NCBI GenBank assembly: GCA_964423225.1
Contig: CAYREE010000002.1
Coordinates: 10,278 to 74,277, forward strand
Direction: 5' to 3'
DNA from: an uncultured archaeon
Lineage (GTDB): Archaea > Altiarchaeota > Altiarchaeia > IMC4 > SCGC-AAA252-I15
DNA length: 64,000 nt
The notes beneath the pieces were generated by a model. It saw nothing but the letters and a program-made list of their open reading frames with translations. It had not been told where the DNA came from and made no database searches. The position numbers and the translations under genes are program-made. This document shows, in pieces, positions 49,143-59,152 of this stretch (its first letter is position 1; every line of letters begins with the position of its first letter).

Positions 49143-49619
49143 ATGTCTAGGATTATTAAAACAAGAGCGGGTTTCATGGGATATGACTATGGATCGCTAG
49201 GGATAGAGAAGGTTTATCTGCCACAACCTACAAAAGAGAGTTTAATGGAAAAATATGGGATAGATGAATCTTCAACGAGTGGATTAAGATTATTTGACGA
49301 CAAGTTAGCTGATTATTTCAAGGGTATTGAATCAGATTTTAAGGATGTTCCACAGAATATGGAGGGATTGACTGCTTTTCAACAGAGGGTACTTGAAAAG
49401 ACGAGGGATGTGCCCTATGGGCAAACAAAAAGTTATGGATGGATTGCCCGTTCTATTGGGGCGCCATATGCTGCCCGTGCAGTTGGTAATGCATTAAGGT
49501 CTAATCCCCTACCTCTATTGGTGCCATGCCATCGGATAGTCGGTTCTACTGGCCTGGGTGGCTTCACACCATCAATTGATTTGAAGAAAAGGCTGCTTAA
49601 ACTTGAGGGCGCACTATGA
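49143..49619 (+). CDS. ogt: methylated-DNA--protein-cysteine methyltransferase
   Basis: VPYGQTKSY, ARAVG, NPLPLLVPCHRIV. Confidence 0.95.
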   Translation: MSRIIKTRAGFMGYDYGSLGIEKVYLPQPTKESLMEKYGIDESSTSGLRLFDDKLADYFKGIESDFKDVPQNMEGLTAFQQRVLEKTRDVPYGQTKSYGWIARSIGAPYAARAVGNALRSNPLPLLVPCHRIVGSTGLGGFTPSIDLKKRLLKLEGAL

Positions 49620-50389
49620 AAGTAGGATGCATGAATAATCCCCGAAAGGATTTCATCGAAGAATTAAGATTATTCCATAGTTATGGACTGGATTATATTG
49701 ATCTTACAATGGAATATCCGGGGGCTAGTATAGAGAAGGTTAAGAAAGAAGAGAAGGAATTCACAAGGCTATTGAAAAAATTTGACATGTCTGTCATAGG
49801 TCATATGCCCTGGTACCTACAGATAACAAGTCCACATAAGAATGTGAGGAAGGCATTCCTGAATGAGGCGTCTGATGTGATGGAACTATCGGCTGGACTA
49901 GGGGCTCCGCATGTGACCATCCATCCTGATTTCCTACCATTGAAGAGGACTGTACAGGAACAAAAAGAATTATTGATAGATTCTCTCGGACAGTTATTGG
50001 ATAAATCCCAGGATCTGGGTATCGATCTTTGTTTTGAGAACTTTAAGAAAGATCATGTTAGCTCATTAGTACTTGAAGATATCTTCAAGGAATTACCTGG
50101 ATTAAAATTCACTCTTGATGTAGGCCATGGATTCATTGGTGTGGGTAATATTGAATATATCAAGGATCTTATAAGTCAATTCAAGGATCGTCTGACTCAT
50201 GTACACATCCATGATAATCAGGGGATGGAAGACGATCACTTACCTCTTGGCGTGGGTCAGATAGACATTCCCGGAGTAGTTGACTCTTTGAAGAACGCTG
50301 GATATAATGGATCTATCACATTAGAAGTCTTCGCACAAGACAGGGATTACATGAAACTGAGCATGCAAAAACTTAATGGAATGTGGTGA
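49616..50389 (+). CDS. sugar phosphate isomerase/AP endonuclease 2 TIM-barrel protein
   Basis: TIHP, FEN, LDVGH, HVHIHDN..DDHLPLG.G, TLE. Confidence 0.88.
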   Translation: MKVGCMNNPRKDFIEELRLFHSYGLDYIDLTMEYPGASIEKVKKEEKEFTRLLKKFDMSVIGHMPWYLQITSPHKNVRKAFLNEASDVMELSAGLGAPHVTIHPDFLPLKRTVQEQKELLIDSLGQLLDKSQDLGIDLCFENFKKDHVSSLVLEDIFKELPGLKFTLDVGHGFIGVGNIEYIKDLISQFKDRLTHVHIHDNQGMEDDHLPLGVGQIDIPGVVDSLKNAGYNGSITLEVFAQDRDYMKLSMQKLNGMW

Positions 50390-50391
50390 AT

Positions 50392-51561
50392 CTATCTTCC
50401 TGATATTATCTTTATCACATCGCAGTCGGCTAGCACATGGTCTTTTCCTACCTTCTGCTTTGTGCGTGCGTCAACAGCTCCTATGAATTTTTCTCCTATG
50501 TCTGTATGAACCTTATATGCTAGGTCTAGGGCTGTCGAATCATTTGGCACTAGATATGAGTCTGGAAGCACCTTACCCTTCTTGTCTGAAAGCTTACCCT
50601 CGTTTTCAACAGGATAAACCGTTATTAGTCCAAGGACATCATATACTGCCTTATTAAGTGATTTTTGCACACCTGTCGAACCATGCTTCTCTAATATCTT
50701 AGTCTTAACGAATTCCATGGCCTTGGATTGTTTCTCAGTTAATTCTCCTTTTACTGTAAATTCCCCATCTCCTGGCACATACTCTATAAGCTCGTGAGCA
50801 TCCGCTTCACGTAATGCTAGTTCAGCTTCAGCACAGACAGGTATCATCTCATACTTTGCTTGTAGTCTATCAAAGTTATCCATTCCTAGATCTATTTTAT
50901 TTGCGGTAATTAGGATGGGTTTTGAAATCTGTCTCAAAACAATGGCGAACCTCATTATGTCTTCATCACTCCAATCCCTATTGTCTTCAAGTCTCGTCTT
51001 CTTCAATGCGTTTTTCACATGGCCTTCTGAAACCGATAATCCCGTTAAAATAGTTGTGAGCTCATCGACTAGCTTTGCATCTGCATGGACTATCTTCGAC
51101 TTGATCTTCTTCCAGTTCTTTCTGATGATTCCTGCAAACCAGTGATTCACCTCATCTTCAAGGAATTTTATATCCTCTTCTGGATCATGGTTTACACAAG
51201 CCTCTCCCAGCTCATCGGTTCTACCTGAAATATCGACTATATGGATTAATACATCTGCCTGCCTCAAGTCATCTAGAAACTGGTTTCCAAGGCCTTTTCC
51301 TTCATGTGCTCCTGGTACGAGTCCTGCAACATCTATGATCTTTATTGGTGTGAATCTGTTGCCTTTCTTGCATACGCTATTGTTTGGATTGCATTCAACA
51401 TTGAATTCGTTGCATGGGCATTTTCCACGCACATATCCAACCCCGATATTGGCTTTTATTGTCGTGAATGGAAATCCAGCAATTTCTGCGTCAGCTAGTG
51501 TTAATGCCTTGAAAAACGTTGATTTTCCAACATTTGGTTTCCCGACTACTCCTACTTCCAT
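50392..51561 (-). CDS. ychF: redox-regulated ATPase YchF (archaeal type)
   Basis: GKPNVGKST, FPFTTI, DVAGLV, ANKID, TGS domain. Confidence 0.95.
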   Translation of the reverse strand: MEVGVVGKPNVGKSTFFKALTLADAEIAGFPFTTIKANIGVGYVRGKCPCNEFNVECNPNNSVCKKGNRFTPIKIIDVAGLVPGAHEGKGLGNQFLDDLRQADVLIHIVDISGRTDELGEACVNHDPEEDIKFLEDEVNHWFAGIIRKNWKKIKSKIVHADAKLVDELTTILTGLSVSEGHVKNALKKTRLEDNRDWSDEDIMRFAIVLRQISKPILITANKIDLGMDNFDRLQAKYEMIPVCAEAELALREADAHELIEYVPGDGEFTVKGELTEKQSKAMEFVKTKILEKHGSTGVQKSLNKAVYDVLGLITVYPVENEGKLSDKKGKVLPDSYLVPNDSTALDLAYKVHTDIGEKFIGAVDARTKQKVGKDHVLADCDVIKIISGR

Positions 51562-52652
51562 CACTTATTCCTCTCCCAATTATTTATAAATAATAGTAAG
51601 GCTGCTATTATGATTAACATCATTGAACCTGCTACAATAAGTGATTCGGTAGGATTTCTTGTTGGTAGGCTATTATAATAGATGAAGCCGTTTGTACTTC
51701 CAATAATGATCCTCTTATAATCTATCTTGGATGTTAGGATCCTACCCTTTGTATCCAAGTACCATCTTACCTCTCCTGTCGGGTCTGTAAGATAGAGTCT
51801 TTCATCGAGTGTTCCCGCAATCGTATGGAATCCATTAGTTGCCATTGAAGTGATTCCATCACTTAGTCTGATACTATACCTGAGTCCACCATCCCTGTGA
51901 AAGACTAAGAGTCGACCGTCTTTCAAACCTGCTAGTATTGTATTATCATGTGCTATTAATACTCCGATCTGATCATTGGTCCTATACCTCCATTTGAGGC
52001 TTCCATTATGATCGAATATAATTATGAAACCATTATTCAATCCGATGATAATGCCTTCATCATCGACAGTTGAAGTCCTGATTATATCCTCTACTCCAAA
52101 CTTTTTTATCTGTTTTCCATCCTGATCAAGTCTTATAACATCTCTGTCTGTTATAATAATTGTTTCATTCCCGATTATTGTAGCTGAGATACTATAACCT
52201 CCACTATTATACTCCCATAATGGATTACCGTTTCTATTAATACAGTAGACATTTCCAGTTGATGTGCCAATTATTATTCGATCAGCATTCATATCAACGG
52301 AGTCTGGAAATAATGACTGTTCTTCAAGATCTTTATCCCACATCATAAAACCCTCTAAGATAGAATAAATCCTACCGTCCATTGCCGATAAGATGATTCC
52401 TTCCTCATCAGCCTTTAAAGTATTGATTGTCGTGTTGATGGAGTAATTCCATAAAATACTGCCATTAAAATCTATCTTTGAGATCGTATTGTTGTATGCT
52501 ACAACAAATGCTTTATCTAGCATTTCAAGCGAAGTAACTCTAAGGCCTATAGGAATCTGCCAGTCAGGAATCTTCACTGTTTCCTGTGAATCAACAAGGC
52601 TTGTCCCAAGCGCTAGGATTATTATTATACTCGCCCATTTTTTTTGTAGCAT
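51561..52652 (-). CDS. exported PQQ-like beta-propeller protein with C-terminal TM anchor
   Basis: signal peptide; repeated G...W.Y blades; hydrophobic C-terminus. Confidence 0.8.
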   Translation of the reverse strand: MLQKKWASIIIILALGTSLVDSQETVKIPDWQIPIGLRVTSLEMLDKAFVVAYNNTISKIDFNGSILWNYSINTTINTLKADEEGIILSAMDGRIYSILEGFMMWDKDLEEQSLFPDSVDMNADRIIIGTSTGNVYCINRNGNPLWEYNSGGYSISATIIGNETIIITDRDVIRLDQDGKQIKKFGVEDIIRTSTVDDEGIIIGLNNGFIIIFDHNGSLKWRYRTNDQIGVLIAHDNTILAGLKDGRLLVFHRDGGLRYSIRLSDGITSMATNGFHTIAGTLDERLYLTDPTGEVRWYLDTKGRILTSKIDYKRIIIGSTNGFIYYNSLPTRNPTESLIVAGSMMLIIIAALLLFINNWERNK

Positions 52653-52703
52653 AGTTAGGAATAGTGTTTTTTGATTTATATTGTTCTCATTTAAGACTTA
52701 TAC

Positions 52704-52922
52704 ATGAAGCTAATAGATTTGGTGTCTCCGATCGGTATTTTGATTATCGGGACCTTTTTCCTGGCAATAGGTTATGTTATATTCAATAATTACCTAACTA
52801 TCTCAGAGGCAACTGCTTTATCAAAGGGTGTGGAATTCATTCAGATAGGATTGGTGATGATAGTCTTATCATTTGTTATGTCGTGTGTAGGACAAGTATT
52901 TCGTCTGTTGAAAATAATATAA
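52704..52922 (+). CDS. small two-TM membrane protein
   Basis: two hydrophobic segments in 72 aa. Confidence 0.6.
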   Translation: MKLIDLVSPIGILIIGTFFLAIGYVIFNNYLTISEATALSKGVEFIQIGLVMIVLSFVMSCVGQVFRLLKII

Positions 52923-52959
52923 AAAAAAAGAGGGGTTTGTCCAGGTTTTATCCTGGACA
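52921..52959 (-). terminator. hairpin plus T tract after the second pilin gene
   Basis: TGTCCAGG-n6-CCTGGACA stem, then AACCCCTCTTTTTTTTT on the minus strand. Confidence 0.6.
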
Positions 52960-52979
52960 TTTGTGTTGTTGTTTTTACG

Positions 52980-53438
52980 CTATCCGCATATTCCTTCAAT
53001 CTTCTTAGTTCCCGTGAACTCGATTCCGGTAATAGCATTATCCCGGTCATCAAACACGAAAGCAACTTCTAGGGCATATGGCTGGTCTGCAACACATGCT
53101 GAACCAAGGTCGCGTTTTACTGTCTCGGTCTTACCTACTAATAATACTAGGTTTGCCGCCTCTGTTACCACTACTCCTGGATTACCAACAGTCATACTCG
53201 AGATAACAATCGTGTAGTCCTGATTGTTTCGTATCGTGAAATACGATACACCGCTTTCAACAACTTTCCAGTTCAAAATCCCCATTTCTGCTCCTCTCCA
53301 ATAGGATTTTGAGGCCTGGATTCCGGCTCCGGCTCCTATGTCTATAAATCCTCCTAATACCGTCACCACTATTAGCGCGACAATCACTACTACTGCGAGT
53401 ATCACGAGATACTCTGTGGATAATTGTCCTTTATCCAT
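52980..53438 (-). CDS. type IV pilin, class III signal peptide
   Basis: MDKG/QLSTEY plus hydrophobic helix (Q+1, E+5); AGGAGGTG SD. Confidence 0.92.
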   Translation of the reverse strand: MDKGQLSTEYLVILAVVVIVALIVVTVLGGFIDIGAGAGIQASKSYWRGAEMGILNWKVVESGVSYFTIRNNQDYTIVISSMTVGNPGVVVTEAANLVLLVGKTETVKRDLGSACVADQPYALEVAFVFDDRDNAITGIEFTGTKKIEGICG

Positions 53439-53487
53439 GAAACACCTCCTATAGATTTATTCTATATTTTTATTATATGATTGTGTT

Positions 53488-53502
53488 AAAAAAAGAGGGG
53501 TT
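53488..53502 (-). terminator. AACCCCTCTTTTTTT tract after the first pilin gene
   Basis: same sequence as after the second pilin. Confidence 0.45.
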
Positions 53503-53512
53503 ATTCCTGTTT

Positions 53513-53983
53513 TTAGCAGGTTCCCTCTATTTTCTTAACGCCGTCAAACTTTAGGTCTGCGATAGTGTGGTCTACATCCGTGTATATCACACTAACGGCT
53601 GCTGCATATGGCGATCCTGCACTTCCTGCCGCACATGTGCTGATGTCCTGATTCACTGTCCTGCTTTGTCCTGGATTAAGTGTCAGAGATACCATTCCTC
53701 CACCTCCTCCTATCACTGTGACTCCATCCACTGTGAACGAAGTAATCTGGATTGTGTAATCCAGGTTGTTTCTCACCGTGAAGTAGGAACTACTGCCTGC
53801 TAATGCTACCTTCCAATTTAATAGTCCGATGTCTGCTCCTCTCCAGTAGGACTTTGATGCTTGCACACCTGCTCCTGCACCGATGTCTATGAATCCTCCG
53901 AGGACTGTCACGACTATTAAGGCTACTATGACAACGACTGCAAGGATGACCAAATATTCCGTTGATAATTGTCCTTTATCCAT
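53513..53983 (-). CDS. type IV pilin, class III signal peptide (paralog)
   Basis: first 39 aa identical to 52980-53438; GGAGGTGA SD. Confidence 0.92.
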   Translation of the reverse strand: MDKGQLSTEYLVILAVVVIVALIVVTVLGGFIDIGAGAGVQASKSYWRGADIGLLNWKVALAGSSSYFTVRNNLDYTIQITSFTVDGVTVIGGGGGMVSLTLNPGQSRTVNQDISTCAAGSAGSPYAAAVSVIYTDVDHTIADLKFDGVKKIEGTC

Positions 53984-54039
53984 TTTTCACCTCCCTTGGG
54001 TATATTGATTATTTATTTTTTTCCTTTATAACCCTTGTT

Positions 54040-54996
54040 TTACTGTATTTTTATGTAATATCTGATAGCGTAAAATACTATCAGTGTGATTGGCACTATT
54101 ATGATAGCGTACTTCAGCCCGTATTTTTCTTTTCCCTTGTTTATAACTCCGATAAGCAGGCTTGCGATAAATGATGTGCCGACTATTATTAATGTGGATA
54201 CGTTCATGAGGAATTCTATGCTGAATGTTTCTGCCATGAATAAACCGATCCCCATATTATTCACATCTGATATATTGAAATTGCTTTTCAACTCATTCAT
54301 CCTCTCTGTGAAGTGTATGGACACGTTCATCAATACTGGCATTCCAACGACTATGGTTAGTAGGATGAGTATAGTGTATGTCCTTGTGCTTGATATGAGT
54401 TGTCTTCTAAGCATCAGGTTCTCATTGATGTCTCTCGCGGTTTCTTCTAGTATCTTGGCTAAGTAGCCGCCGGATTCGATGCTTCTTATGAATAGTTTTA
54501 TTGATCTTTCAAGTACTGGAAGTCTTATATTCTGGTTTATCTCCATGAGTGCACTGGAAAAAGATTCTGTCCCCAAGGCTTTTGTAGTTGCTTTATCAAG
54601 CTCTTCTTTTAATACACCAAATTCCTCTCTTGCTGATATCTTCATTGCCTGATATGGGGTCATACCTGCCCTGACATTGGATGCCATTAGTTGTAGAACG
54701 CTTGGAAGCACTTCTTCAACGGCTTCCCCCCTCTTTTCGGCTATGAAAAATGGTATTGAGTATGCTCCAACCAGATAGACTATGAACATCACGAATGCTA
54801 ATACGTGAAATAGCAGTGGTTCTCCGTATCTTCCTATATACTCGGTGACAAGTGCTACTAATACAGAGTATAACAGGCTTTTACCCAACCAGACTTCTGC
54901 CTCCACATTCATGCCTGCAAATTTGATCATGTCAGCCATATTCTCTACCATTGTTCTGGGGTAGAGCCTTGATAATGCTATGTAGAATCGTCTCAT
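54040..54996 (-). CDS. type IV pilus platform protein (TadC/T2SS-F family)
   Basis: VEEVLP..LQLMASNVRAGMTP, FGVL.EE; start placed at MRRFY (54996). Confidence 0.9.
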   Translation of the reverse strand: MRRFYIALSRLYPRTMVENMADMIKFAGMNVEAEVWLGKSLLYSVLVALVTEYIGRYGEPLLFHVLAFVMFIVYLVGAYSIPFFIAEKRGEAVEEVLPSVLQLMASNVRAGMTPYQAMKISAREEFGVLKEELDKATTKALGTESFSSALMEINQNIRLPVLERSIKLFIRSIESGGYLAKILEETARDINENLMLRRQLISSTRTYTILILLTIVVGMPVLMNVSIHFTERMNELKSNFNISDVNNMGIGLFMAETFSIEFLMNVSTLIIVGTSFIASLLIGVINKGKEKYGLKYAIIIVPITLIVFYAIRYYIKIQ

Positions 54997-54998
54997 CG

Positions 54999-55883
54999 TT
55001 AAACGTATACTACCGGCCTCCTGCTTTTTATGAATTCCATTAGTGCTATTTGTACGAAAAAGCATACTGGGATCATTATGTAGAATATTTTTGGGCCTAG
55101 TTCGACTCCGAGGAATGGTCCTAGGACTATTATTAGTGTTGTTGCGATTGTTGGCATGACTACTGCGAAGAGCATGTATATTAGTACCATTACATTGAGT
55201 TCTTGGGCATAGTTTCTGATCTTCATTTTTTGTTCCATTGTCAGGTCTTTTACGAGTTCTCTTAGTATGCCTTCTAGGCTTGATCCTGATTTTAATGCGT
55301 TTATTATCTGCCATACGCTGTTTTTAAGGTGTTCGCTTCTTGTGTGTATGGCTAGTTCTTCTAGTGCGTCTTCTACTGGTACTCCAACATTGGCTTTTTT
55401 CACGACTTTTGCTATCTCATGGGATATGCTGCCGTATCCTGAGTGGGCTACTTCTGTTAGGGCTGTGTATGCTGATGCTCCTGAACTGACTTCTAATAGC
55501 ATGTCTTTTAGTGCGAAAACAAGGTCTCTGTCGATTTGTTCTGCTTTTTTTCCGGCTAGGATTCCGGGGTATGATAATAGTACGAATAGGAATAATCCTA
55601 GGATCAGTGTGAATACCATTAGGGTCATGGAAATTACTTTTTGTTGTTCTGTGCCTACCGCTGTCATTAGCGTGTATATTAGTCCGCCAACAAGTAGTGC
55701 GGTGAATAATGCGGATAGTATTGAGGCTCCTACATAGTCTTCAGCACCTACATCAAGGTCGGTTTCCATCAAGTCTATCCTAAGCTTAGGATATACTGCC
55801 ATGAGCTTGTGCCATAGGTTATTCCATTTACTTGTTAACCGTATCCCCACTCTTAGGGGTATCAACATTAGTGGTACTTCCAT
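54999..55883 (-). CDS. type IV pilus platform protein (TadB/TadC, T2SS-F family)
   Basis: IDRDLVFALKDM...SSG, YG.IS.E, W.IINALKSG. Confidence 0.9.
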   Translation of the reverse strand: MEVPLMLIPLRVGIRLTSKWNNLWHKLMAVYPKLRIDLMETDLDVGAEDYVGASILSALFTALLVGGLIYTLMTAVGTEQQKVISMTLMVFTLILGLFLFVLLSYPGILAGKKAEQIDRDLVFALKDMLLEVSSGASAYTALTEVAHSGYGSISHEIAKVVKKANVGVPVEDALEELAIHTRSEHLKNSVWQIINALKSGSSLEGILRELVKDLTMEQKMKIRNYAQELNVMVLIYMLFAVVMPTIATTLIIVLGPFLGVELGPKIFYIMIPVCFFVQIALMEFIKSRRPVVYV

Positions 55884-55890
55884 CGGTATT

Positions 55891-58800
55891 CTATTCCTTC
55901 TTTTTCTTTCCTAGACCCAACATGGACTTTATTGTCGGGCTCATCCTTTTTGCGAATAATTTGTTTAATGCTGAGTCTTTTTTCTCTTCTGGTTTTAATG
56001 GGATTTCAGTGTCTGAGACTGGTTTATCTTCTTTAGAGTCTTCGGCACTGGTTTTTTCCTCTTCTATCGCGTGTTCTAATATTTCCTCGGGTTTTATCGT
56101 GTCCTCGTCCGCTATTGCGAATGGAGAAGGCTGTAAATCAGGTTTTTTCTCTTCTTCTTGGATTGTTATCTGTGGATCTTCTGGTTCTTCTGGCATAGTA
56201 TCAAACAATGATTTTGCTCTCGTTGACATGGGATCATCTTGAAATGGTTCTTCTTTCTCCTCGGGTATTTCAGGTTCTGGTTTTATTATCTGGTCTGTTT
56301 GCTCTTCTACTTCATCTTGTCCTATCATTGCCTTCATTGTCGGACTCATTTTATCATCGAATATTTTGTCTAATTTTGTTTTGTCTTGTAGTTTTGTATC
56401 TTCTTCAACAGGCTCTTGGATTTCTTTTTTAGTTTCTTCTTGTATTGATTTTTCAGTTGTTGGTTCGGGTTTTTTCACTGGTTCTTTTTCCTGTTCACTT
56501 GAACCCATCATCGCCTTCATGGTTGGACTCATCTTTTCTGCGAATGGATCGTCAAATCGAGGGTCTTTCGGGCCATCGAAGACTTTTTTATATGGTTCAA
56601 CTTCTTCTTTTGATGTTTCTGGTTCTTGAGTCTCTGTGACCTCAAGTTTTTTGTCTGGAATCTCTTGGACTATCTGTGATTCTGGTTCTAATGCTTCTGG
56701 TCCGGTTTGTTCAGGAGTAGTTTGTGTTTCTTCTGTGATTGATGATCCTGGATCGATTTCTTCTGCTGCCAGGGGTTGTGGTTCGGTCACATCTTGTGGG
56801 AGTAATTCGGGTTTTTGTTCTATATCTGCTGTTTGTTTATCTAGTTCCTCTATTTTTTCTTCTTCTAACGGTGTTTTTTCCTCGGTTTGTTGTGCTATTT
56901 TTGGAGGTTCAATAATTCGATGTTTCTTTGGGTCTCTTTCCTTGATTTCTTCGATGGTTATTTTACCTTCTATCACTTCCTTTAGTTGTTCCTTGTTCTT
57001 GTAGTATAATTCCATGACTTCGCCGACTTCTTCAAGACTTCGATTATTGTTTTCATACATCCAGATCAATGTCTTCTTCTTTTCCTCTAAGTCTTTTAGG
57101 ATTTCCGGCCGACTCATTCCTGTATGTAGTGATAAATCCTCTAATACTCGGACGCTATCATTTACTTTTACGAACTCGTCAGTCCTTGTATTGTATCTGA
57201 ATAGATAATTTAGTTCGAATTCTTTGCCCTCGCTTCCAGGGCGTATCTCAGCTATCTCGAATACTTTTCGGGCACCTTTTTTCCGGTCCCTGTATACGAC
57301 TATCATCAAGTGCAGTGCCTCTATCTCAGCGCTTGGTAATGCTATTGGGGGTTCTAAAAGCCTTCTTTTAAGATTATGGACCGTATCTGCGTGAATTGTA
57401 CCATAGACACTGTGTCCTGTATGCATTGCCTCGAATAATACCTCGGCTTCACGCCGTCTTCTTATCTCTCCTAAGACTATCCTATCTGGCCTCATCCTTA
57501 GGGATGTCACTATCAGGTCGAGCATGCTTACTTCTCCCTTGCCTTCTGGATTAGCTTCTCTTGTCGTTAATGGGACCCAGTTCCATTTTAGGTAGCTTGG
57601 AAGATTGATTTCTCGAGTGTCTTCAATGGTTATGACTCTGTGTGTGGGTTGTATTAGTGAGCATAGGCAGTTTAACATGCTTGTTTTTCCTGATGCTGTT
57701 CCGCCTCCAACGATTACGTTTAGTTCGTATTGGAATGCTAGCCAGAGGAATGCGCCCATTTCTGGGGACATTGTGCAGATGTCTGGGCTTACGAAGTGTG
57801 CTATCGTCCATGGTTGTCTTGCGAATTTTCTGATAGTGATTGTGTTTCCAAAGTTTGATATCGGGAATAATGTCGCGTTTACCCTGTCTCCTGAGAGTAG
57901 GTGTGCGTCCATTATTGGATCCATGTTTGTTATATCTCTCTCGACTTTTCTACCTATCTGTGCAGCGTAATTGTATACCATCCGTTCATCGTCTAGGTGT
58001 AGTGTGGTCTCGACCCATCCGAATCTTTTATGGTATGCTGTAAGGGGGATGTGGCTGGTATTGATGCATACTTCTTCAAGCCAATCATCAGTCATTAGTA
58101 GTTCCATGTCTCCGAGACCGTACATTGAATGGGTCATCATTCCGGCAAGCATGTTCAAGTCGTCTTCATCTAATCTGATTTCTGAGTCTATGAGGTCTTT
58201 TGCTTCGGTGAAGAACGTTTCTTTTAACTCCCTCATCTTTTTTGTATCGGACATGTCTCCTACCCCAACTTCTATCTTTCCGCTTAACGCGTCTCTGAGC
58301 GATGTAATTAGGCTTCTTGTTCCAACTCCTATTATGGGCAGTGTCACCTCGTATATTGGTTTTGCCTTCTGGTCGCTTGCTATGATCTTGACGTGTGCTA
58401 CGACCTTGTCTGCAACGATCTTATAGCTGTCGAGGGTTTTACCCGTTATGTTAGTATCTGGGTCGTCTAGGGATACGGGTTTTGCAAGTGTCATCATAGG
58501 TTCTTTTAATAAATTGGATGGGTAGTCGAGTTTGAGTATATCTAGTGTTCTCGCCCATTTTTCGATCTTTTTAGGCTCTGTATTAGAAACGATCGCTGCG
58601 TCTGCGAGAGAGAGGTATTTACTCCTTGATAATGCTTCGATTAGGTAGTCTACTTGGGTGAATATTATCCTTTTTTCTCTGCTTTTTTCCGATATCTTCT
58701 CCTTTATTCTTTGACGCAGTATCCTTGGCTTGTTCCCTATTATGACTCCTTTTTTATTGATTTTTAGAAGTTCTTCTCTTTCGAGGATATGAGACCATTC

Positions 58801-59151
58801 TTCTATTTGTGTTGAAGTAGTCTCGAGTTTTTCAGCCGCCTCAAACACACTGATGCTTCCTTCTTGTTCCATTAGTTCAAGGAGATTTTCCTTGTTTATA
58901 CCAAACAAGCATCTTGATATGAGTTTATCTGTTGCAGAAATCTTTGGTGGACGAAGGAATCTCTTCACAACTTTTATCTGTCCTTGGTCTTCCAGTTTTT
59001 TAATGGTTTTTTTAAAATCTCTTTTACTTGCTTTAAATCTTTTTGCAGTCCTTTTAGCTTTGACAGTCCCCCTTGCCCTGATATGTCGGATCAGGGCCTG
59101 TGATAGTATGCCCCTTTCTCTTATCAACCCTGCTTTGTCCTTCAAGCCCAT
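55891..59151 (-). CDS. type IV pilus assembly ATPase (VirB11/TadA family) with three N-terminal wHTH domains and a long acidic tail
   Basis: TITIRKF, GGTASGKT, TIEDTRE, LRMRPDRIVLGE, HTGH; 1086 aa. Confidence 0.93.
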   Translation of the reverse strand: MGLKDKAGLIRERGILSQALIRHIRARGTVKAKRTAKRFKASKRDFKKTIKKLEDQGQIKVVKRFLRPPKISATDKLISRCLFGINKENLLELMEQEGSISVFEAAEKLETTSTQIEEWSHILEREELLKINKKGVIIGNKPRILRQRIKEKISEKSREKRIIFTQVDYLIEALSRSKYLSLADAAIVSNTEPKKIEKWARTLDILKLDYPSNLLKEPMMTLAKPVSLDDPDTNITGKTLDSYKIVADKVVAHVKIIASDQKAKPIYEVTLPIIGVGTRSLITSLRDALSGKIEVGVGDMSDTKKMRELKETFFTEAKDLIDSEIRLDEDDLNMLAGMMTHSMYGLGDMELLMTDDWLEEVCINTSHIPLTAYHKRFGWVETTLHLDDERMVYNYAAQIGRKVERDITNMDPIMDAHLLSGDRVNATLFPISNFGNTITIRKFARQPWTIAHFVSPDICTMSPEMGAFLWLAFQYELNVIVGGGTASGKTSMLNCLCSLIQPTHRVITIEDTREINLPSYLKWNWVPLTTREANPEGKGEVSMLDLIVTSLRMRPDRIVLGEIRRRREAEVLFEAMHTGHSVYGTIHADTVHNLKRRLLEPPIALPSAEIEALHLMIVVYRDRKKGARKVFEIAEIRPGSEGKEFELNYLFRYNTRTDEFVKVNDSVRVLEDLSLHTGMSRPEILKDLEEKKKTLIWMYENNNRSLEEVGEVMELYYKNKEQLKEVIEGKITIEEIKERDPKKHRIIEPPKIAQQTEEKTPLEEEKIEELDKQTADIEQKPELLPQDVTEPQPLAAEEIDPGSSITEETQTTPEQTGPEALEPESQIVQEIPDKKLEVTETQEPETSKEEVEPYKKVFDGPKDPRFDDPFAEKMSPTMKAMMGSSEQEKEPVKKPEPTTEKSIQEETKKEIQEPVEEDTKLQDKTKLDKIFDDKMSPTMKAMIGQDEVEEQTDQIIKPEPEIPEEKEEPFQDDPMSTRAKSLFDTMPEEPEDPQITIQEEEKKPDLQPSPFAIADEDTIKPEEILEHAIEEEKTSAEDSKEDKPVSDTEIPLKPEEKKDSALNKLFAKRMSPTIKSMLGLGKKKKE
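55915..56544 (-). repeat. repeated peptide motif Fxx(K/R)MSPT(M/I)K(A/S)M(M/I/L)G in the ATPase tail
   Basis: copies at 56503-56544, 56320-56361 and 55915-55956; degenerate copy at ~56200-56244. Confidence 0.85.
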
Positions 59152-59152
59152 T

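Noticed and set aside
54997-55314. N-terminal extension of the TadC-like ORF (possible frameshift fusion)
   Set aside because: Overlaps the upstream platform gene in another frame; an ATG lies 2 nt after that gene's stop.
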